Source of the DNA: Candidatus Iainarchaeum sp. | Lineage (GTDB): Archaea > Iainarchaeota > Iainarchaeia > Iainarchaeales > 0-14-0-20-30-16 | Direction of reading: 5' to 3' | Length of the DNA stretch: 32,000 nt | Assembly (NCBI GenBank): GCA_028710695.1 | Contig: JAQTTP010000005.1 | Location: 30,981 to 62,980 of the forward strand | The notes under the pieces: model-generated | Database searches by the model: none | What the model was told of the DNA's origin: nothing | The model's input: the letters and a program-made list of their open reading frames with translations, nothing else | Made by a program: the position numbers and the translations under genes | Shown here: positions 17,948 through 24,125 of the stretch, in pieces | Position numbering within the stretch: position 1 is the first letter of the stretch | Layout: the number at the start of each line of letters is the position of its first letter

Positions 17948-19136
17948 ATCTCCCACTCACAATCTCAATAACATCTCTATTCTTCAATTTGTGTTCCTTT
18001 CCAACCATCATTTTGGTCTTAACAAGAATCGCCTTTATGAACTTATTTCCCAAATCAGAGTGAATATGGAATGCAAAATCCAAAGCAGTTGATTCTGGAG
18101 GCAATAAAAAACAATCCGGAAGCACATTTCCATCTTTATCCGCCAACTTGTTTACCCCACCGGGGAATATTGCCATATAGTTCAAAAGATTGAATACAGA
18201 CTTATCCATGATCTCTTGAACTCCGGTAAATCCATATTTGCCAAGGATATTAGTTTTTATAAAATTTAAAGCTTTTGTCTGCTTCTCGCTAAGCTTTGAT
18301 TCATCTTTAATTTCAAAGCCATTGGCCCCAGGCAGATAATCTATAAGCCCAGCTTTGTCCGCTTCCTTCAAAGCAAGTTCGCTCTCAGCAGAAACAGGAA
18401 CTATAAGTAACTCAGGATATTTCTCCTTTATTCTCTTAATATTGTTCTCCGCAGTAGGCAAGTCAACCTTATTTGCAGCAATAACTATTGGCTTTGATAG
18501 CTTTCTAAGATTTTTTACAAATGTTTTTTTCTGATCTATATTCCATTCAAGCATCTGTTTAGGATAATTCTTTATTACTGCCTCAACATGGTAACGCTTT
18601 ATACTTAGCCCAGAAACCATCTCTGCCAATGCATCTTCTATTTTCATTTTCTTAGCTGCCTGGGTCTTTCCGGATTTATCCCAATTAGCTTCTAAGATTC
18701 CAAAAATCCACATATCAAGCTCAAATTCTAAGAATTCAATGTCTTTTAGAGGATCATAGCTTCCCATTGCCACAGGCTCTCCTTTCTCATTTACAGAGCC
18801 TGCAATGTCAACTACATGGATCAAAGCATCAGCCTTTCTCAAATCATCTAAGAATTTGTTCCCTAAACCCTTACCCTCGTGAGCACCAGGTACAAGGCCA
18901 GCAACATCAACAACTTCTACTGGCACAAACCTTATGCCCTTTTTACAATATCCTACTCTTGGGTTACATTGTACCCCAAGTTCTTTATCCACACATTCAA
19001 CCCTTACAAATCCAACTCCTTTATTCGGTTCAATAGTTGTAAAAGGGTAGTTTGCTGCCTCAGCCTTTGCCATGGTTAAGGCCTTAAAAAAAGTACTTTT
19101 TCCTACGTTTGGTTTTCCTACAATACCTACAAGCAT
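17946..19136 (-). CDS. Obg-like GTPase (Ygr210/DRG-type) with C-terminal TGS-like region
   Basis: G1 GKPNVGKS, G3 DVAGLV, G4 NKVD. The track start at 19160 is TTG. ATG at 19136 gives MLVGIVGKPNVGKS directly and follows gagaGTGAaactaATG. Confidence 0.8.
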   Translation of the reverse strand: MLVGIVGKPNVGKSTFFKALTMAKAEAANYPFTTIEPNKGVGFVRVECVDKELGVQCNPRVGYCKKGIRFVPVEVVDVAGLVPGAHEGKGLGNKFLDDLRKADALIHVVDIAGSVNEKGEPVAMGSYDPLKDIEFLEFELDMWIFGILEANWDKSGKTQAAKKMKIEDALAEMVSGLSIKRYHVEAVIKNYPKQMLEWNIDQKKTFVKNLRKLSKPIVIAANKVDLPTAENNIKRIKEKYPELLIVPVSAESELALKEADKAGLIDYLPGANGFEIKDESKLSEKQTKALNFIKTNILGKYGFTGVQEIMDKSVFNLLNYMAIFPGGVNKLADKDGNVLPDCFLLPPESTALDFAFHIHSDLGNKFIKAILVKTKMMVGKEHKLKNRDVIEIVSGR

Positions 19137-19214
19137 TAGTTTCACTCTCTTAGATTCCAATCCCTACTCTAGTTATATTATATAAAAATAGCAAAAATAA
19201 TAAAAAGGAGGCTT

Positions 19215-19685
19215 TTATTCTTTTACAATTACACAAATTTCCCCAATAAAACAATCTTTATTTAGGATGTATTCCAGGATATATTCCTTACCAAGCCTAT
19301 GTGCCTTACTAGCTTTAACTTTTACTTCACAAATAACTGCTTTATTCTTTATTAGTATTGGTTTTTTGGTAAATATTGTAAAACTCTTGCTTATAACTTC
19401 GCCAAGTTCTTCTTTTGTCTTTTTGTTTTTTAAACAAAAAAAGGCAACTAAGGACTGTGAGATAATAGACAATGCAGAATTAATATGTAAATTAATCCCA
19501 AAAGGATTATTCTTATCTTCAAAATATTTGGTAAAAATGGCCTTAGTTTTTATTGATTTCTTTGTCAGATCCAAAAAACACAGATTAAAATGTTCTTTTT
19601 TTACACCTTTAGATAGATACAATGATTGTATATTTTCGTTTAATAAACTATTTTTTTTAGGTACACAAAAAACCATACTAATCAT
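19215..19685 (-). CDS. Hypothetical protein coupled to porB (weak resemblance to hotdog-fold/PaaI-like thioesterases)
   Basis: 156 aa. Its ATG overlaps the porB TGA (ATGA at 19682-19685). NPFGINLHINSALSIISQSLVAF loosely recalls the N.xG..HGG....L.D motif of PaaI/4HBT proteins, with HGG replaced by HIN. T-rich terminator-like run follows its stop. Confidence 0.45.
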   Translation of the reverse strand: MISMVFCVPKKNSLLNENIQSLYLSKGVKKEHFNLCFLDLTKKSIKTKAIFTKYFEDKNNPFGINLHINSALSIISQSLVAFFCLKNKKTKEELGEVISKSFTIFTKKPILIKNKAVICEVKVKASKAHRLGKEYILEYILNKDCFIGEICVIVKE

Positions 19686-20617
19686 TTCTTTCCCAACACT
19701 TTGAATTCTTTATCCACTTCTTCCTGGACTTTTGCTATCAAGTTTTTCCTTAACTCTGGCTTGAACAAGTGGGCATAAAGCTTGTGTGATTTAAGATACT
19801 CTTCTACAGGCAGGGCCTTCTTTGGGTTATAATTTATCTTGTATTTTCCGCCCTCGATCTCATACAAAGGCCAAAAGTTCGTCTCTGTTGCAAGCCTAGC
19901 AACATCATAAGTCTTAGAACTTGGGAACTTCCACCCATAATTACAAGGCATTAAAACGCTCAAGAATTTCGGGCCCTCATAGCTCAAGGCTTTCTTTATT
20001 TTATAAATAAAATCATCTAAATATGCAGGATTTGCTTGTGCTGCATAAGGAATATTATGTGCAGCCACAATAGACATTATGTCCTTCCTCTTCTGTGCTT
20101 TTCCAGTACTCTCTAAGCCCGCAGGAGTAGTGGTTGTACTTGCTAAATAAGGTGTTGACCCACTTCTTTGCATTCCTGTATTAGAATAAGCAGCATTGTC
20201 ATAAAGAACATATAAAATATCATGCCCTCTTTCAAGCATTCCTGACAGGGCTTGTAATCCAATATCTACTGTCCCCCCATCACCTGCAAAAACAATGAAC
20301 TTATACTTTTTCTTTAATTCTCCTCTCTTTTTCCTGGCAGCATATGCCCTTTCTACACCCGCAAGAGTAGAGGCAGAGTTTTCAAAAGCATTATGTATAC
20401 AAGATACTCCAAAGCTTGTATGGGGCCATATTGTGCTAGTAACTTCTAGGCATCCAGTAGCAATAGACACCACGGGCTCACAATCATCAGGCACATTTCC
20501 AAGCACAGTTCTAACTATTGTGGGTATGAAACATCCAGAACAGGTTCTATGCCCTGGCCCAAAACCTTCTTTCCCTTTTTCCCAAATCTTCTGCAATTCG
20601 TTGCCTTTTACATCCAT
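19682..20617 (-). CDS. porB: Pyruvate/2-oxoacid:ferredoxin oxidoreductase, beta (TPP-binding) subunit
   Basis: GHRTCSGC Fe-S cysteines and GDGGTVDIGLQAL TPP-binding motif. The track start at 20626 is GTG. I prefer the ATG at 20617 after aaGTGATttttATG. Confidence 0.88.
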   Translation of the reverse strand: MDVKGNELQKIWEKGKEGFGPGHRTCSGCFIPTIVRTVLGNVPDDCEPVVSIATGCLEVTSTIWPHTSFGVSCIHNAFENSASTLAGVERAYAARKKRGELKKKYKFIVFAGDGGTVDIGLQALSGMLERGHDILYVLYDNAAYSNTGMQRSGSTPYLASTTTTPAGLESTGKAQKRKDIMSIVAAHNIPYAAQANPAYLDDFIYKIKKALSYEGPKFLSVLMPCNYGWKFPSSKTYDVARLATETNFWPLYEIEGGKYKINYNPKKALPVEEYLKSHKLYAHLFKPELRKNLIAKVQEEVDKEFKVLGKK

Positions 20618-20632
20618 AAAAATCACTTTGCC

Positions 20633-21772
20633 TTAATTTTTTAGATCTTTCCTCAGCCCATAGAACTGGAACTTCTTTTGCTTCCCTTTCAAGAATTTGC
20701 CCACTAGATCTTTGGCTTCTTCTAGCCCAAAGTCTCTTCCGCCAATTCCATAAACAACATTATAGAACTCTCTTCCCATACCTTGGAACTCTAAACCCAT
20801 TGGCCCAAACTCTGCGCCATGGCTTATTGCCCTATCCAAAACAATTATCTTTTTGCCTTTAAGCTCTGCCCTTAACTCATTATAAGGAAACGGCCTATAA
20901 ACTCTTGGTCTCAAGCACCCAACTTTTTTTCCTTTTTTTCTCAATTCTTGGCAAGTCAACTCTATTGCTTGATAAGAAGAGCCCATTGTTACAAAGACAG
21001 TATTTGCATCTTTTAACCCGTAAGACTCATATAAGCCATAATTTCTTTTTGAAAATTTCTCAAATCCTTTTTGAATTCCAAGTATTGATTTTGATGAGTT
21101 TGCAAGATCTCTCCACTGCCTTTCTCTTACTTCTATATTAGAATCAGTTAAAGAAACATTTCCAAAAGTTATTTTTGAATCAAGCATGTTCGGCCACTTT
21201 GGTTTCTTTCCCACAAAATTCACAGCCTGTTTGGTGGACAAAGTATCAATCACCTGCTCTCCATGGGTAGTATAGAATCCATCCATCATTACCATTACTG
21301 GTATTTTTGTTTCCTCAGTAATCTTCACAGCCATTAAAGTAGTGTCATAAACTTCCTGCACATCTTTACAATAAATTTGTATCCAGCCAGAATCTCTTGC
21401 CAAAAAACTATCGGAATAATCACAATGCAGAAGAAGTGGAGCACCTATTCCTCTATTTCCCACAACCATAGTCATAGGCAGTCTCAATCCCGCAGCAATA
21501 TAAATCACTTCAATCATATATGCCAAACCTTGAGATGCGGTAGCAGTAAACACTCTTGCACCTGCAGCACTTGCTCCAATACAAGCAGACATTGCACTAT
21601 GCTCCGATTCTGCAAGAATATTTTCAGTAGTAACTTTTCCATCAGCAACATATTTTGAAAAGGTTTCAATGATCTGTGTTTGGGGGGTAATAGGATATGA
21701 TGCACAAACATCAGGGTTTATCTGCATCATTGCATATGATACAGCATAGTTTCCGTTTATCAGAGCCCTCAT
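20633..21772 (-). CDS. porA: Pyruvate/2-oxoacid:ferredoxin oxidoreductase, alpha subunit
   Basis: MRALINGNYAVSYAMMQINPDVCASYPITPQT is a typical PorA N-terminus. The track start at 21820 is TTG inside porD. ATG at 21772 follows GAGGGTGtaaagATG. Confidence 0.88.
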   Translation of the reverse strand: MRALINGNYAVSYAMMQINPDVCASYPITPQTQIIETFSKYVADGKVTTENILAESEHSAMSACIGASAAGARVFTATASQGLAYMIEVIYIAAGLRLPMTMVVGNRGIGAPLLLHCDYSDSFLARDSGWIQIYCKDVQEVYDTTLMAVKITEETKIPVMVMMDGFYTTHGEQVIDTLSTKQAVNFVGKKPKWPNMLDSKITFGNVSLTDSNIEVRERQWRDLANSSKSILGIQKGFEKFSKRNYGLYESYGLKDANTVFVTMGSSYQAIELTCQELRKKGKKVGCLRPRVYRPFPYNELRAELKGKKIIVLDRAISHGAEFGPMGLEFQGMGREFYNVVYGIGGRDFGLEEAKDLVGKFLKGKQKKFQFYGLRKDLKN

Positions 21773-21774
21773 CT

Positions 21775-22044
21775 TTACACCCTCTTCATTTCTATTACTT
21801 TCTTCAAATAATTTGCACAAATTCCACAGCCCTTACAAAACTTATAATCTATGTGTGAATACTTTCCACCAACATAAACTATTGCTGCTTCCGGACAATA
21901 TAATGCAATTTCAACATGTTTATTCATTTCCTCTTTGTCTTTAACAACAGGAATCTCTTTTCTCCAAGATCCAGTTTGATATTCTTCTGATTCACTTGCA
22001 AGTATTCTTGCACCCAAATCCACTTTCTTAATTTCTTTAACCAT
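21775..22044 (-). CDS. porD: Pyruvate/2-oxoacid:ferredoxin oxidoreductase, delta (ferredoxin-like) subunit, with degenerate cluster motifs
   Basis: GSWR...CPEAAI...IDYKFCKGCGICAN matches PorD, but there are only 4 Cys in total. ATG at 22044 follows aaGTGATttttATG; the track start at 22053 is GTG. Confidence 0.8.
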   Translation of the reverse strand: MVKEIKKVDLGARILASESEEYQTGSWRKEIPVVKDKEEMNKHVEIALYCPEAAIVYVGGKYSHIDYKFCKGCGICANYLKKVIEMKRV

Positions 22045-22049
22045 AAAAA

Positions 22050-22586
22050 TCACTTAAATTGGGTATATGCCTCATTTAAAGCTTTAAGATTTCCGTCCAA
22101 TAATTCTGGTTTCTTTGATAAGGTTTCTTTTACTGCTTTTTCTAAATTTGCAAATTTAACACAAGTTGTCATCTTCAAAAGAGCGCCAAGCATAACTACT
22201 CCAGGAAGGTCCTTTTTCAAGTATTTATTTGCAATTCCAGATGCATCGATGAATACACTATTTTTTATTTCTGGATTTATTTTTCCATTTATCAAAAGTT
22301 TTGCTTTCTTTTGGTTCAAAATTAAATTCTTGGTGTCAAGTTGTGATAACAAAGAGCCATCCAAAACAACTACATAGTCTGCTTGCGTTATGGATGCTTG
22401 GTCTTTTATTTTTTCTTTAGAAATTTTTACAAAAGCCCTTACTGGTGCACCACTTCTTTCTGGGCCATACTCAGGAAATGCTTGCACTTCCAAGCCTTGT
22501 AAAAATGCTGCTTTTGCAAGTATTTCTGCAGCAGTTTTTACACCTTCTCCGCCACGACCCCAGAACACAAAACTAGTATAAGACAT
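22050..22586 (-). CDS. porG: Pyruvate/2-oxoacid:ferredoxin oxidoreductase, gamma subunit
   Basis: 178 aa. GRGGEGVKTAAEILAKAA motif. First gene of a gamma-delta-alpha-beta operon, the typical archaeal order. Confidence 0.85.
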   Translation of the reverse strand: MSYTSFVFWGRGGEGVKTAAEILAKAAFLQGLEVQAFPEYGPERSGAPVRAFVKISKEKIKDQASITQADYVVVLDGSLLSQLDTKNLILNQKKAKLLINGKINPEIKNSVFIDASGIANKYLKKDLPGVVMLGALLKMTTCVKFANLEKAVKETLSKKPELLDGNLKALNEAYTQFK

Positions 22587-22747
22587 AGTACCACTTATAT
22601 AACTATAAACAAGGAATAATAAAGAGATTAATGTTTAAATACCTTTCTGGATTTTGCAAATGGGGAAAATATCAGCAATAGTTAAGAACAGAATTAAATT
22701 CAAAAAGCATATTAATAGAAGAAAAATAATTTTGTGACTTTATTATG

Positions 22748-23395
22748 TCACTCTTTTCTGACAATTGTTATTGTCCAGCCTCTTTTACCATAACCCTTGT
22801 AATATTCTTCAACTTTAAAGAATTGCGATAGTAGATTAGTCATATTTAACCGATCTATCATCTGAACATACGGCTTAGTCTGATCTTTCTTTTGTTTTAT
22901 TTTTTTATCATCATCATAATCTGCAGTATTCGAGGAGTATACTAAACCATATCCACCTTTCTCTAAAATATCCGACATTTTTTCTACAACATATGGCGCC
23001 ATTGAAGAATCAAACTGGTTCAAAAAAGATCCAGCTACCAAACCGTGGAATTTTTCTTCAGGTTCCCATTCTAAAAAACAGTTGTTGTAGAACTTTGCTT
23101 TAGGGCTATTTTGTTGAGCATGTTTTATCATTTCTTTAGACACATCAACACAGGACACATTAAAGTCATACTTAAAATGTTCTGTAAGTATGAACGAGTT
23201 TAATCCAACTCCACATCCAAGGTCAGCAATTCTTGCACCAGTTCCAAAATTAGAGTGAACCTTTTCTGCAAATGGTTTTATCACTTTGTATTGATTGTCT
23301 ACGAAATTTACCCACCTAGAGTTATAATCGTCGGCCAACAAATCGTAGTACTCCACCAATTGTTTTTGGCTTTTGTTAATTTGTTTTCCGCACAT
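22748..23395 (-). CDS. Class I SAM-dependent methyltransferase (apparently leaderless mRNA)
   Basis: 215 aa. Motif I IADLGCGVGLNS. No SD. A TTTATAAA box ends 21 nt upstream of the ATG. Confidence 0.75.
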   Translation of the reverse strand: MCGKQINKSQKQLVEYYDLLADDYNSRWVNFVDNQYKVIKPFAEKVHSNFGTGARIADLGCGVGLNSFILTEHFKYDFNVSCVDVSKEMIKHAQQNSPKAKFYNNCFLEWEPEEKFHGLVAGSFLNQFDSSMAPYVVEKMSDILEKGGYGLVYSSNTADYDDDKKIKQKKDQTKPYVQMIDRLNMTNLLSQFFKVEEYYKGYGKRGWTITIVRKE

Positions 23396-23416
23396 GTTTA
23401 TAATATAATTTCAATA

Positions 23417-23427
23417 TTTATAAAGGG
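23417..23427 (-). promoter_or_regulatory. TATA box (CCCTTTATAAA on minus strand) for the leaderless methyltransferase gene
   Basis: The box ends 21 nt before the ATG at 23395. No SD in between. Confidence 0.5.
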
Positions 23428-23672
23428 CTTGGTTTTATGTATAGAAAGACCAAAAAAAAGCACACGGAAACAAATCGATTTTTGCAAGTAGATGTCAAAC
23501 GGGAACAAACTTTCCCGTTAGAGTTGGCGCCATTTATGGCGCGGGTTATGGAAAATAAACAATTTGACTTTTTTTGTTCTTTTTTTATCCACCTTAGATT
23601 AATTAAAACTAGAATATCCCAAATCCTTTGGGTTTGTGGATATGCCCCCTTTTCTTTTTTGGTGAACTTATG

Positions 23673-23698
23673 CTTTTTTCTTTTGGAAAAGAAAAAAG
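23673..23698 (-). terminator. T-rich run plus 12+12 nt palindrome (CTTTTTTCTTTT GG AAAAGAAAAAAG) directly 3' of the candidate ncRNA
   Basis: Minus strand reads ...CCTGCCACTCTATTCTTTTTTCTTTTCC.... Oligo-T tracts act as archaeal terminators. The palindrome can form a long hairpin on either strand. Confidence 0.45.
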
Positions 23699-23706
23699 AA
23701 TAGAGT

Positions 23707-23899
23707 GGCAGGTAAAACGGTATACACAAGAGCATCTGGGACTACGGATATATACTCCCGGAATTGACCGCGCAAAAGACAGCAGATAAAATCTGCCCCA
23801 ACATACAGCAAAGCACATGGCATGAAGCCAGAACGCTTGTTTGCATATCCTCACTGCGCCGTTTGCAAATCTCACGAGGAGATTTAGAGGTTACCTACC
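23707..23899 (-). ncRNA. Candidate structured non-coding RNA of unassigned family (~193 nt)
   Basis: About 47% G+C by hand count (95/200 over 23701-23900) in an AT-rich locus. GGTAGGTAA (23899-23891) pairs with TTACCTGCC (23715-23707) to close the domain. Internal perfect hairpins at 23867-23885, 23782-23796 and 23818-23830. A TATA box lies 22 nt upstream and a T-run/palindrome immediately downstream. The ORFs called here look like noise. Confidence 0.45.
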
Positions 23900-23920
23900 G
23901 TATAAATATTATACAAACTG

Positions 23921-23940
23921 GTTTATAAAGGTTACTTTTT
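23921..23940 (-). promoter_or_regulatory. BRE/TATA-like promoter element (minus strand AAAAAGTAACCTTTATAAAC) for the candidate ncRNA
   Basis: TTTATAAA at 23922-23929. 22 nt separate the box from the first G of the terminal stem, which fits archaeal TATA-to-TSS spacing. The 20-mer is identical to 17928-17947. Confidence 0.5.
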
Positions 23941-24014
23941 TTATGTAGAATTTGGGCAGAAAGAAGTCAGGAATCAAAAAAAGTTAAAAACTAAAAAGAA
24001 AAAGAATAACTTTT

Positions 24015-24035
24015 TAGTTAACATAGGCAAGTAAA
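24015..24035. repeat. 23S processing-stem arm (3' trailer); inverted repeat of 27062-27082
   Basis: tagttaacataggcaagtaaa versus the reverse complement of 27062-27082 (tagttagcataggcaagtaaa): 20/21. The single difference gives a G.U pair in the RNA. Confidence 0.7.
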
Positions 24036-24087
24036 ATGCTAAAGATTGCTAAAAGTTTTTAGCTAAGATTCTAAACTGAATCTCTAT

Positions 24088-24125
24088 TTGTGTAGTCTAT
24101 GATTTCGTGTGTAGTCTTTGATTTT
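24088..24125. repeat. Two-copy tandem direct repeat (period 19) in the 23S 3' trailer
   Basis: gtgtagtctatgattt (24090-24105) and gtgtagtctttgattt (24109-24124), 15/16 identical, starting right at the 23S 3' end. Confidence 0.6.

Noticed and set aside
902-22581. Antisense shadow ORFs inside confident genes: 902-1294, 1438-1737, 2069-2359, 6711-7070, 7131-7421, 8774-9055, 10433-10627, 13255-13527, 14390-14827, 16170-16622, 16172-16456, 16619-17014, 17856-18092, 18767-19036, 18879-19079, 19267-19704, 20295-20636, 20905-21141, 21377-21658, 21514-21711, 22390-22581, 23255-23491 and 29549-29851.
   Set aside because: Each is fully or largely contained within a longer ORF that has clear family motifs. 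Their products are low-complexity (Phe/Leu/Ser/Ile-rich), as expected from translating AT-rich antisense sequence.
23418-23875. Track ORFs 23418-23735 (-), 23437-23703 (+) and 23609-23875 (-) in the post-23S region.
   Set aside because: They overlap each other on both strands and have no SD or promoter-consistent starts. Their sequences look odd (Cys/Arg/Phe-rich). They span the hairpins and T-runs better explained as RNA or regulatory elements.
23700-23900. Possible 5S rRNA, SRP RNA or RNase P RNA identity for the GC-rich segment. This includes a GTAGTCCCAG 10-mer that also occurs in eukaryotic 7SL/Alu, and a UUUACCUGCC string reminiscent of methanogen SRP RNA.
   Set aside because: At ~193 nt it is too long for 5S and too short for archaeal SRP. 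I found no loop C/E-type 5S sequence, no GNAR tetraloop with AGCA helix-8 loop, and no CR-I/CR-V pair. The short matches are in the wrong order or context and are probably chance. Left as unassigned.
24088-24125. Tandem direct repeat considered as a possible CRISPR or mini-array.
   Set aside because: There are only two adjacent copies with a 3 nt gap, no spacers and no cas genes. It lies inside the 23S trailer enclosed by the processing stem.
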